Assembly: GCA_043803815.1 (NCBI GenBank)
Contig: JAZDJR010000035.1
Coordinates: 1 to 64,000 of the forward strand
Length of the DNA: 64,000 nucleotides
Direction of reading: 5' to 3'
Origin: Candidatus Micrarchaeota archaeon
GTDB taxonomy: Archaea > Iainarchaeota > Iainarchaeia > Iainarchaeales > JAGVWC01
A program made the translations under genes and the position numbers. Shown here one piece after another: positions 1-9,611 of the stretch. The notes under the pieces were generated by a model that saw only the letters and a list, made by a program, of their open reading frames with translations, searched no databases and had not been told where the DNA came from. The stretch's first letter is position 1, and every line of letters begins with the position of its first letter.

Positions 1-141
1 TGTAGCGCACGCCAACGTGTTGTTGGCGCGCTACCAGCGCGAGTACAACAAAACGCCACACTCAGGAATAAAATACCAAACACCCAACAAAATCTTTCAA
101 GAAAAACGAAAAAGCGGAGTCATATCCGCTGTCACGTAACA
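1..141 (+). mobile_element. Right end of an IS481/IS3-like insertion sequence (transposase C-terminus plus terminal ACA)
   Basis: Frame +2 (2..139) reads VAHANVLLARYQREYNKTPHSGIKYQTPNKIFQEKRKSGVISAVT*, matching the YN..PHS.L.Y.TP tail of rve/DDE transposases. The stop TAA (137-139) runs into CA, giving the ...ACA-3' end typical of IS481 elements. The Yip1 sequence loses its character at this junction. Confidence 0.7.
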
Positions 142-601
142 GGTAGAGTACCCAGAGCAGGCTGAGTATGGACCCGATTATCGGAATCATGCTTAAGACG
201 CCGATAATGATTCCGGCTACCAGGTACGGCCATACCAGTCGTGAAGACAGATAATAGTTTTGGGCCAGTGTTCCGGTTCCGCCTAATAGTTTTGCAACAA
301 AGGTCATAATTGCCCAGGAAATTATTCCAAACACAATCACCAAAATGATGAATGCGATTGGAACGGCAATTATGGCTGCGAGTCCAAGGCCGACGATTGC
401 GGCGGCGCCGGGAATCAGGTTTAAGGCGGGTCCCGCAAGCGCGCTGATGAATGTGGCGGCGATGGCAACCAACAAACCGATGAGTACACCGATAATGGCG
501 GCGTAAATCGCATAGGTCTTGATTGCTGCGCCCATGTCGGCTTTTCCGACTTCGGCTTGCATAGTTTCTCGCGGGTGAATTAAAATATCAAAAAAACCCA
601 T
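62..601 (-). pseudogene. Yip1-family membrane protein, C-terminally truncated by the IS (likely start ATG 601)
   Basis: MGFFDILIHPRETMQ Yip1-like N-terminus and several TM helices; GGAGG RBS upstream of 601. After ...LWVLY the frame reads through IS sequence and lacks the usual last TM helix. Confidence 0.6.
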
Positions 602-693
602 ATTTTTTTCCTCCTTTGTCCCCTTGGGGAATCCAATAACAGAACCGATGCGGAATATAAAAAACTTCGCCAAAAAACGCCTGAAAAGGCAGG

Positions 694-1626
694 TTAGCGG
701 TTTTTTTTGAACAATTCGAGCAATAATGCTTTTTGGCAGTGCAAACGGTTTTCCGCCTGGTCAAAAACCGCGCTTTGCTTGGAGTCCATTACTTCGTCGG
801 TGACTTCGTGGCCGCGACTCGCCGGCAGGCAATGCAAAAAAATCGCGTCTTTTTTGGCGTGTTTCATCAGTTGCGAGTTTACCTGAAACGGGTGCAATTG
901 ATTTATCCGTCCCGCGGCGGCTTCTTCGGGTATGCGGTAACTCATCCACGAGTCCGTGTACACGACATCGGCGTTTCGGACCGCTTCTTTTGCGGAATGG
1001 AACAAATTTATTTTGGCGTTGTTTTTTTTCGCGGTTTTTTGGACTTGTTCAACAATCGTTGGATTTGTCATTAATTCCGTATTATCCGGACAGCCCACTG
1101 AAATATCCATTCCCAAAAGCGCGCCGCCGAACAGCAAAGTATTGGTAACATTGTTGTTCGCGTCACCGACATACGCGAGTTTTAGTCCTTTCAGTTTTTT
1201 TTTGTGTTCCAGAATCGTCAAAAAATCCGCGAGTCCCTGGCACGGGTGCTCGAAATTGCTCATCATGTTGATGACCGGAACATCCGAATTTTTGGATAAT
1301 TGGACAATTTGTTCGTGATTATTCAGCCGCGCGCCGATTACATCGACATACCGCGAAACAGTTTTGGCATAATCCCCGATGGTTTCTTTTTTTCCCAAGG
1401 TGGATTCCTTGATGTCGTAATAAATCGCGTGTCCGCCGAGCTGGGTGAGTCCGGTTTCAAACGATAACCGCGTGCGCACCGACGGCTGTTCAAAAAGCAT
1501 CAGCATATTTTTTTGCAAAAGCCGTTTTGAAAATTTTTTGGGATTTTTTTTGATTTCAATGGCGCGTTCCAGCAAATTCAGCAGTTCTTTGGAAGAAAGT
1601 TCGCTAAAACCCAAAAAATGTCTCAT
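694..1626 (-). CDS. arcB: Ornithine carbamoyltransferase (catabolic by context)
   Basis: SVRT (STRT-like) carbamoyl-phosphate motif, HPCQ, HCLP, DQAENRLH. Confidence 0.93.
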   Translation of the reverse strand: MRHFLGFSELSSKELLNLLERAIEIKKNPKKFSKRLLQKNMLMLFEQPSVRTRLSFETGLTQLGGHAIYYDIKESTLGKKETIGDYAKTVSRYVDVIGARLNNHEQIVQLSKNSDVPVINMMSNFEHPCQGLADFLTILEHKKKLKGLKLAYVGDANNNVTNTLLFGGALLGMDISVGCPDNTELMTNPTIVEQVQKTAKKNNAKINLFHSAKEAVRNADVVYTDSWMSYRIPEEAAAGRINQLHPFQVNSQLMKHAKKDAIFLHCLPASRGHEVTDEVMDSKQSAVFDQAENRLHCQKALLLELFKKNR

Positions 1627-1651
1627 GCTTTTTCCTCAACCAAATTACGGT

Positions 1652-2971
1652 TTATCTAAATGATGGGTTGCTGGATATAAGGGTTTCGAGTTGTTGGGCG
1701 CTTTCCGGGTCAATGGTGTAGTGCACGTCAAAGACCGGCTTGTTCACCTTCAAGAGTTTTTTGAGGTTGAAGGGAGTTCCGCTCAAGACCGCATCGCAGG
1801 GGGTTTTGTTAATGGTTTCCTCAAGCTCGTGCACCTGTTGATTGCTGTAACCCATCGCGGGCAGAATGTTTTTCAGGTGCGAAAACTTCTGGAAAGTTTC
1901 TTTGATGGAACCGACGGCGTAGGGGTGGCAGTCAACCGGAATGCAGCCGAGTTTTTTGGCCATTATCATTCCCGCGCCAAACGGCATTCCGCCGTGCGTG
2001 GTCGTTGGGCCGTCTTCGACTACCAAAACTTTTTTGCCTTTAAGCTGTTCGGGTTTTTCAACCGAAACCACGGACTGGGACTTGATGATTGCGGCTTTGG
2101 GGTTCACTTTTTTCGCGTTTTCTTCGACAGTCAGGACTTGTTCCAAAGAAGCGGAATCCACTTTGTTAATGATGATGATATCCGCCATGCGGAAATTGGT
2201 TTCTCCCGGATGGTACAATAATTCGTGGCCGTTTCTATGCGGGTCGGCAACCACTATCTGAAGGTTGGATTTGTAAAAGGGCATGTCGTTGTTTCCGCCG
2301 TCCCACAAAATAATGTCGGCTTCTTTTTCGGCTTCTTTGAGGATTCCGGCATAGTCGACTCCGGCGTAAATCACGAGGCCTTTTTCGACGTAGCGTTCGT
2401 ATTCTTCGCGCTCTTCAATCGTGCACTTGTGCTTGTCGAAGTCTTCGTATTTGGCGAAGCGCTGGACCGCCTGTTTGGCCAAATCTCCGTAGGGCATGGG
2501 GTGTCGGATAGCCACGATTTTTTTTCCTTTTTTGGAAAAGTATTCCACGATTTTTTGCGAGACTTGGCTTTTGCCGCAACCGGTTCGGACCGCGCAAACC
2601 GAAATGACGGGCTTGGTACTTTTAATCATCGTGTCATTGGGCCCCAGCAGGGTAAAGCTTGCGCCGGCGGCTTCGACCTGTGACGCCATGTGCATGACAA
2701 ATTCGTGCGAGACATCGGAATAGGCAAAGACGCATTCGTCCACTTTGAGTTTTGGAATGAGCGTGCTTAATTCTTTTTCGGAAAAAATCGGGATTCCGTC
2801 GGGATAATTCTTTCCCGATAGTTCGGAAGGGAATTTTTTGTCGTCGATTCCGGGAATCTGGGTTGCGGTAAAACCGACTACATTGTAATTGGGGTTGTTT
2901 TTGTAATAAACCAGAAAATTGTGGAAATCGCGGCCCGCAGCGCCAAGAATCAAAACGTTTCGAACTCCCAT
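1652..2971 (-). CDS. arcE: Arginine synthetase ArcE-type P-loop protein (cyclic 2,3-diphosphoglycerate synthetase-like family)
   Basis: AAGRDFHNF, P-loop AVRTGCGKS, RHPMPYG, DGGNND and EDGPT motifs; lies between carbamate kinase and OTC. Confidence 0.85.
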   Translation of the reverse strand: MGVRNVLILGAAGRDFHNFLVYYKNNPNYNVVGFTATQIPGIDDKKFPSELSGKNYPDGIPIFSEKELSTLIPKLKVDECVFAYSDVSHEFVMHMASQVEAAGASFTLLGPNDTMIKSTKPVISVCAVRTGCGKSQVSQKIVEYFSKKGKKIVAIRHPMPYGDLAKQAVQRFAKYEDFDKHKCTIEEREEYERYVEKGLVIYAGVDYAGILKEAEKEADIILWDGGNNDMPFYKSNLQIVVADPHRNGHELLYHPGETNFRMADIIIINKVDSASLEQVLTVEENAKKVNPKAAIIKSQSVVSVEKPEQLKGKKVLVVEDGPTTTHGGMPFGAGMIMAKKLGCIPVDCHPYAVGSIKETFQKFSHLKNILPAMGYSNQQVHELEETINKTPCDAVLSGTPFNLKKLLKVNKPVFDVHYTIDPESAQQLETLISSNPSFR

Positions 2972-3052
2972 TTGAAAATCCCTCTTTGAATGCCAAAAAT
3001 TGACACCAAAAAAGACTTAAAACAGCGTGATTTTGAACCAAAAAAAGGAAGG

Positions 3053-3991
3053 TTATTTTTTGGTTATTAGGGTTCCTTTTTTTCCTTTTAATGCATAGGG
3101 CAGTGCCGCGGGAGAAGTAATCAGCGCTTTTTTTCCGCCTTTTTTCAGGAATGCGACCGCGGCTTCGATTTTGGGTTTCATCGAGCCTTCCGCGAACTGG
3201 TTTTGCTTCAAAAAAAGTTGGGTTTGCTTTACGGATAATTTTTTCAGCGGCTGCTGGTCTTTTTTTTTGTAGTTTAAATACGCGCAGTCGACTCCGGTTA
3301 AAATGATGAGTTCGTCGGCTTTGATTTCAGTGGCAAGCACTTGCGAGGCGCGGTCTTTGTCGATGACTGCGGCGATTCCTTGGTATCCTTTTTTGGTTTG
3401 AATGACGGGTATTCCGCCGCCTCCCGCGCAAATGACGATGGTGTTTTGGCGGATGAGTTTTTGGATTGTGTCTTTTTCAATGATGCGAATCGGTTTTGGG
3501 GAAGGAACGATTCTTCGCCAGCCGCGGCCGCTGTCTTCCGTTACAAAAAACCCTTTTTTCCTTAATTGCAGGGCTTTGGCTTTCGGCAAAAACGGCCCTA
3601 CGGGTTTGGAAGGTCGGCGAAAGCCGGGGTCTTTGGGATTCACCAGAACTTGGGTGACCAGGTTGGTTACAAAGCGCTTTATTTTATTTTTTTTTAACCG
3701 GTTTTCCAGTTCCTGTTCGATGAGGTAGCCGATTTCGCCTTGGGATTCGGCTACCGCGACTTCCAAAGGAACAAAATAGGCTTTGGACAAAGCGCTTTCG
3801 ATTTGAATCAAAATGTTGCCGACTTGGGGGCCGTTGCCGTGGGTGATTACGATGCGGTTTTTGGTTTTGAAAAGGGGCAGCAATCGGGTGATTACTTTTT
3901 TCAGGTTTTTTGTTTGGGTGGATAGGGATGGTTTTTGGCCGGCTTTTAACAAGGCGTTTCCGCCCAGGGCAATCACGATGGTTTTGGCCAT
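3053..3991 (-). CDS. arcC: Carbamate kinase
   Basis: ALGGNAL, HGNGPQVG, GWRRIVPSP, VIDKD, GSMKPK. Confidence 0.95.
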   Translation of the reverse strand: MAKTIVIALGGNALLKAGQKPSLSTQTKNLKKVITRLLPLFKTKNRIVITHGNGPQVGNILIQIESALSKAYFVPLEVAVAESQGEIGYLIEQELENRLKKNKIKRFVTNLVTQVLVNPKDPGFRRPSKPVGPFLPKAKALQLRKKGFFVTEDSGRGWRRIVPSPKPIRIIEKDTIQKLIRQNTIVICAGGGGIPVIQTKKGYQGIAAVIDKDRASQVLATEIKADELIILTGVDCAYLNYKKKDQQPLKKLSVKQTQLFLKQNQFAEGSMKPKIEAAVAFLKKGGKKALITSPAALPYALKGKKGTLITKK

Positions 3992-4159
3992 ACGCTAGTT
4001 TTGAGGAAATGCTAGAATTTAATTTTGTTCCATTGGTTGGTTTTAAATGGCCAATCAAAGCGGGGATTTGGGTTGGTTTTTCAAAACAAAGCGGATAAAT
4101 ATAAGGTAGCCCGTAATATAAACAAAATCATGCAATTAGCCAAAAAGGGGTTTTTGAAC

Positions 4160-4516
4160 ATGGGATTATTGGATGGATTTAAAACCACGCAAAAATCGCG
4201 AAACCGCGACGCGTTGGACAGCCTGAATCAGTTAAACGTCAATGACGAAATGGAAACCGTCGGAGTGCGCAACTTCGTGATTTCCGCGGCTTTAACCCGC
4301 GACAACAACTATATGCGCATCAGCCAGGAACTTGAAAAAGGAAATATTCTGGTTTTGGATACGACCGAATTTGGCCGCCAAAAAGACGAATTGGAATCCG
4401 CGTTGCACCGCCTTAAAACGATTTTAGAGCAAAAAGGCGGGGAAATGGCCCGCGTGTCCGACAACCGGATTCTCGTCGTGCCAAGCCATTTTAAAATCGT
4501 GAAAAAAAACCTGTGA
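4160..4516 (+). CDS. sepF: Cell division protein SepF (archaeal type); likely start ATG 4160
   Basis: N-terminal amphipathic MGLLDGFK; core ELEKGNILVLD...LKTILEQKGGEMARVSDNRILVVP. Confidence 0.8.
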   Translation: MGLLDGFKTTQKSRNRDALDSLNQLNVNDEMETVGVRNFVISAALTRDNNYMRISQELEKGNILVLDTTEFGRQKDELESALHRLKTILEQKGGEMARVSDNRILVVPSHFKIVKKNL

Positions 4517-4570
4517 CACGATTTTAAAATTCAAATTTAATTTTTTTTAAATCGTTAATTTAATTTATGC

Positions 4571-5890
4571 CTATTTTTGTTGCTGTTCGACTTCTTCAAT
4601 CGCTTCTTTCAGGATTTCGGTTCCACGCAATGCTTCGGATTTGTTAATCGTTAACGGCGGCGCGATTCGAATCGTTGATTTTCCGCAGGGAAGCAAAAGC
4701 AATCCTTTTTCGGCGGCTTTGCACAGGATTTGTTGGCGCAAATTCTTGGCGACTTCTTTGGATTCCTTGTCTTTGACGATTTCCAGTCCAATCATCAGGC
4801 CGATTCCGCGAACATCCCCTAAAATATCGGATTTGGGCCGGAATTTTTCGAATTCACGCTTAATGATTGCGCCCATTCGCTTGGAATTTTCGCCTAGTTT
4901 TTGCTTTTTCATAAAATCCAGGGATGCGATTCCCGCGGCGCAAGCAATCAGGTTTCCGCCAAACGTGTTGGCATGAGAACCTGCCGGCCAGTCCATTACT
5001 TTGCGGTTGGCAATCGTGGCGCCTAAGGGTAGCCCGCCGCCTATTGCTTTACTCATGGACACAAGGTCTGGCGTTACCCTGAAATTTTCAATCGCCAAAA
5101 AAGTGCCGGTGCGAAAAGAACCCGATTGGACTTCATCGGCACACAATAAAACATTGTAATCGTTGCATAATTTGCGCAATTTTTTTACAAATGCTGTCGG
5201 GGGAACGATGTATCCTCCTTCTCCCGAAACAGGCTCGAACATGACACCGGCCATGTTATTTTTTTGAACGGAAAAAGCGGATTCAAGTTCCGCAAGGCAA
5301 TAATCAACCGTTGATTTTTCACTTAACCCAAGGCGATACGCGTACGGGTAGGGCACGTGCTTGACGGGCAAGAAAGGTCCGAATCGTTCGCGCTGCACGG
5401 GGTTTGAATTGGTCAGGGACAAGGAACCCATAGTGCGGCCGTGAAAGGACGGTTCGAAAGCGACAAACCATTCTTTGTTCGAATGCCATTTCGCGCATTT
5501 GTAGGCGCATTCAACGGCTTCGGTGCCGGAGTTGGATAAAAACACGGTGTCCAAATGGCTCGGCAGCATGGAAACTAATTTTTCGGAGAATTGAACGGGA
5601 AGTTCGGCATAAAAATCCGTAAAACCGCAGTGAAATCCTTTTTGGAGCTGTTTTTGAACGGCTTTAATGACGACCGGATTGGAGTGGCCGATGTTCATGA
5701 CGGCCACGCTTGCGCAAAAATCCAGGTATTTTTTGCCGTCCGCATCCCAAATATAGTTTCCTTTGGCGTGGTCGTAGACAAAATCGAATTCGCGGGTAAA
5801 GCTCGGGGACATGATTTTTTGGTCGCGTTTTACAATCGCCCGGCTTTTGGGACCGGGCGAAGCGCAAATAAACCGCTGTTTTGGGGGCAT
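4571..5890 (-). CDS. Class III PLP aminotransferase, probable ornithine omega-aminotransferase
   Basis: SGTEAVE, FHGRT, EPVSGEGG, DEVQSG, SKAIGGG (PLP Lys), NTFGGN; substrate inferred from context. Confidence 0.85.
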   Translation of the reverse strand: MPPKQRFICASPGPKSRAIVKRDQKIMSPSFTREFDFVYDHAKGNYIWDADGKKYLDFCASVAVMNIGHSNPVVIKAVQKQLQKGFHCGFTDFYAELPVQFSEKLVSMLPSHLDTVFLSNSGTEAVECAYKCAKWHSNKEWFVAFEPSFHGRTMGSLSLTNSNPVQRERFGPFLPVKHVPYPYAYRLGLSEKSTVDYCLAELESAFSVQKNNMAGVMFEPVSGEGGYIVPPTAFVKKLRKLCNDYNVLLCADEVQSGSFRTGTFLAIENFRVTPDLVSMSKAIGGGLPLGATIANRKVMDWPAGSHANTFGGNLIACAAGIASLDFMKKQKLGENSKRMGAIIKREFEKFRPKSDILGDVRGIGLMIGLEIVKDKESKEVAKNLRQQILCKAAEKGLLLLPCGKSTIRIAPPLTINKSEALRGTEILKEAIEEVEQQQK

Positions 5891-5943
5891 TGTTGGAATA
5901 GGAAAAAGGCGAATTTAAGGTTTTGCAGCTGTCCGTACTTCCG

Positions 5944-5972
5944 CCGCTCGCCCCACGTAATGGGGCAAGCGG
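5944..5972 (-). other. GC-rich intergenic hairpin just after the aldehyde dehydrogenase stop
   Basis: Minus strand CCGCTTGCCCCA-TTACG-TGGGGCGAGCGG: 12-bp stem with one U.G pair and a 5-nt loop. Confidence 0.6.
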
Positions 5973-5975
5973 GCT

Positions 5976-7448
5976 TCATTTCGGTTTAAATGTTTCGATT
6001 TGCGCTTTTTGCAGTTTGCCGGAATAGTCGATGTAAACGGTTTTGGTTTCGGAGAATTCGTTGATGCCTTCGATTCCGGCTTCGCGGGTTCCGTTGCCGG
6101 TTCCTTTGACTCCGCCAAAGGGCAAATGCGCTTCGGAACCAATCGTGGAAGAATTCACATACACCAAACCGCTTTCGAGTTCATGAATTGCCTTGAAGGC
6201 ATACGAAATGTTTTTGGTGTAAATGCTGGAACTCAAACCGTATTTGGTTCCGTTGGCGTACCGAATGGCTTCGTCAAAATTCTTGACGGAAATTAAGGCT
6301 ACGACTGGGCCAAAGATTTCTTCCTGGGCAATCGCCATTTTATGGGAAACCTGCGAAAAAACCGTGGGTTCGAAAAAATTTCCGGCGCCTGCGACTTTTT
6401 TTCCGCCGATTAATAATTTTGCTTTTTGTTTTTTTCCGAGTTCGCAATAGTACTCGATTTTTTTTATGGCGTTTGAATTAATTACGGGGCCCACATCGGT
6501 TTTTGGGAAAATGCCGTTTCCTACTTTTAATTTTTTTGTTTTGACAACAAGCATTTGCTCGAATTTTTTCAGTACTTTTTCGTGGATGATGACGCGCGAG
6601 GCGGCGGTGCAGCGCTGGCCCGTGGTGGCGAATGCGCCGAAGATTACGCCATCCACTGCAAGACTAAGGTCGGCGTCGTCCATAATTATTATTGGATTTT
6701 TCCCGCCCAATTCCAACCCGATTTTTTTGACGCCGGCATTTTTCAGTATCCATTCGCCGGTTGAATGCGAACCGGTGAACGAAATCATGCGAACGTCGGG
6801 ATGCTTGACGAGCGGTTGGCCGACTTTTTCGGCAGAACCGGTCACTAAATTGATCACTCCATTTGGCAATCCTGCCTCGATTAATAATTTTATAAATTCA
6901 ATGGCGCAGCGCGGCGTGTCGCTTGCGGGCTTGAACACGACGGTGTTGCCGCAGACGAGTGCGGGACAGATTTTCCACGCGGGAATGGCAATCGGAAAGT
7001 TCCACGGCGTAATAATTCCAACGACTCCAATGGGCTGGCGAATGGTCATGGCAAATTTGTCGGCCAGTTCGCTGGTGGTGGTGTGTCCGAACAGACGTCT
7101 TCCTTCGGCGGCCATGTATTCGGCGATATCGATGGCTTCCTGTACGTCGCCGCGGGCTTCGGGAAGGATTTTTCCCATTTCTTCGGTTAGGCTTTGGGCG
7201 AGTCGTTCCTTGTTTTCTTCCAATAGCCGTGCAAACCGCAATAACATTTTGCCGCGCACCGGTGCAGGGGTGTCGCGCCAAGCGGGATAGGCGCTTTTGG
7301 CGGCTTCAACGGCTTTTTGCAGGTCTTTTTCGTTTCCGTCCTGGAATTTTCCAATGGATTTTCCGGTGGCGGGGTTGAGGCTTTCAAAGGTTTTTCCCGA
7401 AGCGCTTTTGACCCATTTTCCGTTGATGAATAATTGATAAACAGACAC
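5976..7448 (-). CDS. NAD(P)-dependent aldehyde dehydrogenase (candidate glutamate-5-semialdehyde dehydrogenase)
   Basis: PWNFP, FTGS, ELGGKNP, catalytic Cys in GQRCTA, EEIFGP; GTG start. Confidence 0.9.
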   Translation of the reverse strand: MSVYQLFINGKWVKSASGKTFESLNPATGKSIGKFQDGNEKDLQKAVEAAKSAYPAWRDTPAPVRGKMLLRFARLLEENKERLAQSLTEEMGKILPEARGDVQEAIDIAEYMAAEGRRLFGHTTTSELADKFAMTIRQPIGVVGIITPWNFPIAIPAWKICPALVCGNTVVFKPASDTPRCAIEFIKLLIEAGLPNGVINLVTGSAEKVGQPLVKHPDVRMISFTGSHSTGEWILKNAGVKKIGLELGGKNPIIIMDDADLSLAVDGVIFGAFATTGQRCTAASRVIIHEKVLKKFEQMLVVKTKKLKVGNGIFPKTDVGPVINSNAIKKIEYYCELGKKQKAKLLIGGKKVAGAGNFFEPTVFSQVSHKMAIAQEEIFGPVVALISVKNFDEAIRYANGTKYGLSSSIYTKNISYAFKAIHELESGLVYVNSSTIGSEAHLPFGGVKGTGNGTREAGIEGINEFSETKTVYIDYSGKLQKAQIETFKPK

Positions 7449-7564
7449 AAAACAAACGAGGGATTCACTAAATAAAAGAATTTGGTTTTTAAAACCAATC
7501 GATTTTTAACCAAAAAGAGAGTAATTTTAGCCATTAACTTTCGGTTATTTTGAGGTGAGTTTGA

Positions 7565-8707
7565 ATGGACGGAATCGAATTTGATGGGTATGGTCCTGAA
7601 AAAATTTTGCAGGTGTATAATCCCAAAGTGGGCATGCGGGGATTTGTTGTAATTGACAATACTGCGCTTGGTCCCGGAAAAGGCGGAATCCGGATGACTC
7701 CCTCGGTCGGTGTCGGTGAAGTGTTCAAGCTTGCGCGCACGATGACGTGGAAAAACGCGATGGCTGACCTGCCGTTTGGCGGAGCCAAAAGCGGAATCAT
7801 TGCAGACCCCAAGCACATGAGCCCCGAGCACAAAAAAGAAGTTGTGGCCGCGTTTGCGGAAGCCCTCAAGCCGGTTTGCCCCGAATACTATGTCGCGGCA
7901 CCGGACATTAATATGGCCGAAGAAGAAATGGCTTTGTTTGCCAAAACCAACGGAAACCTGTCCAGCACCACTGGAAAACCCGAAGAAATGGGGGGAATTC
8001 CGCACGAACTCGGGTCAACCGGATTCGGCGTTTTTCATTCAACCAAAGTCGCGGCCGAACATTTGAATCTGGACTTGACAAAAGCCAAAGTCGCGGTTGA
8101 AGGATTCGGCAACGTGGGAACGTTTTGCGTACAATTCTTGGAAAATGCTGGCGCCACCATCGTTGCCACGAGTGACTCGAAAGGAACCGTGTACAATCCC
8201 AAGGGATTATCATATGAAAAATTATTGCGCACCAAAAAAGAAGCCGGTTCGATTACGCATTACGGAGAAGGCTCGCAAGTCCTTGCCAACCACCAGATTT
8301 TGACTGTGCCGGCCGACATTTTGATTACCGCGGCCATTCCCGACCTGGTTCAGGCCAAGGATGTCGACCATATGAAGCACAAATTGATTGTGGAAGGCTC
8401 GAACATTCCGATGACCGAACAAACCGAACAGTTTTTCCACCAAAAAGGAACCCTGGTAGTTCCGGATTTTGTCGCCAATGCCGGCGGGGTCATTTCAAGC
8501 TATGTGGAATTCATCGGCGGAACCAAGGAACACATGTTCAAATTGGTAAAGCAAAAAATCGTGAAAAACACGGAAATGGTTTTGAAAGCCAGCGAAAAAA
8601 GCGGGCAAGCGCCGCGCCACGAAGCGCTTTTGATTGCCCAGCAGCGCGTGCTCAAAAAATGCAAGGTGTGCAATGTGCCCGGCCAAAAGAAAAACAGGAA
8701 AAAATAA
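7565..8707 (+). CDS. gdhA: Glu/Leu/Phe/Val dehydrogenase, probable glutamate dehydrogenase
   Basis: PGKGGIRM, GGAKSG, APD, TGKP, GFGNVG, PDFVANAGGV; RBS GAGGTGA. Confidence 0.85.
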   Translation: MDGIEFDGYGPEKILQVYNPKVGMRGFVVIDNTALGPGKGGIRMTPSVGVGEVFKLARTMTWKNAMADLPFGGAKSGIIADPKHMSPEHKKEVVAAFAEALKPVCPEYYVAAPDINMAEEEMALFAKTNGNLSSTTGKPEEMGGIPHELGSTGFGVFHSTKVAAEHLNLDLTKAKVAVEGFGNVGTFCVQFLENAGATIVATSDSKGTVYNPKGLSYEKLLRTKKEAGSITHYGEGSQVLANHQILTVPADILITAAIPDLVQAKDVDHMKHKLIVEGSNIPMTEQTEQFFHQKGTLVVPDFVANAGGVISSYVEFIGGTKEHMFKLVKQKIVKNTEMVLKASEKSGQAPRHEALLIAQQRVLKKCKVCNVPGQKKNRKK

Positions 8708-8734
8708 ATCCGAAAAAAAGCAAGAGTTGAACCG

Positions 8735-9457
8735 ATGGATTGGACTGCCAAAATTTTAAAGGTTGAGGATTGCATCGGGGAAAATGGAGTGTGCGACCGT
8801 GTCATTACGCTGTCGACTCCGCAGGATTTTTCTTTCGAACCGGGGCAATATGTGATGATTGGCCATGCGTCGGTTCCCAGCACCAAAATTTTGGGGCAAT
8901 TGCGCTGGGGCAGCATGAGCATTGCGTCTTCCAACCGCCAAAAAGGTTCCATTGAACTCGTGATTTCGGTCGGTTCGCCGGAAGGAATCACTTATTTTGT
9001 CGCCAATAAGCGCAAAGTCGGGGACGAATTATTGCTCAAAGGCCCGTTCGGGAGTTTTGGAATCAAGGAAGAGTACGACGAATTGGTGTTTGTCGGAAGC
9101 GGCACGGGCATTGCGCCGCTGATGAGTATAATTCGCAGCAAACTGGAATCCGGAGAAAAAAAACCAATGATATTATTTTTCGGATTCAAGACCATGAAGC
9201 AATTTTTGTACCAAGCCGAACTGGAACAGCTCCAAAAAAAGTTTTCCAACTTCAAATACTGCTACATAACCAGCCGTGAGGTTTCTCCACAGGGAAAGCA
9301 GGGCCACGTGCAGGAATTGTTCAGGGATTTTTCGTTTAACAAAGCCAAAAAACTGCAGTTTTACTTGTGCGGATTGCCCGTGGCTATTACCGATGTCCGG
9401 CACAAATTAAAAGAAATGGGTTTTGCGGATAGCCGGGTGCATTTCGAGCAGTGGTAA
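8735..9457 (+). CDS. FNR-family FAD/NAD(P)H oxidoreductase with no Fe-S domain
   Basis: FEPGQY, SMSIAS, GPFG, GSGTGIAP, YLCG, C-terminal FEQW. Confidence 0.85.
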   Translation: MDWTAKILKVEDCIGENGVCDRVITLSTPQDFSFEPGQYVMIGHASVPSTKILGQLRWGSMSIASSNRQKGSIELVISVGSPEGITYFVANKRKVGDELLLKGPFGSFGIKEEYDELVFVGSGTGIAPLMSIIRSKLESGEKKPMILFFGFKTMKQFLYQAELEQLQKKFSNFKYCYITSREVSPQGKQGHVQELFRDFSFNKAKKLQFYLCGLPVAITDVRHKLKEMGFADSRVHFEQW

Positions 9458-9611
9458 AAACCGCAAGCCAAAATAAGCGGATTTAATGCGGATTTTTTGG
9501 CCGAAAAATTCCAAGCCAAAATAGCCAAAAAATGGATTTGAACTACGGGTTTTAAAGCGTTTGGAAAAAGGATTAATACGTTTTAATGGTTCTTTTTAGA
9601 GTGCTGATGCG

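Noticed and set aside
1652-2971. Annotation as cyclic 2,3-diphosphoglycerate synthetase
   Set aside because: No 2-phosphoglycerate kinase nearby; the arcC/arcB context fits ArcE better.
6466-8005. Long antisense ORFs (e.g. 6466-7290, 7187-8005; also 21934-22800, 31507-32337, 62724-63578)
   Set aside because: They are shadows of well-supported genes on the other strand or frame, with no recognisable motifs.
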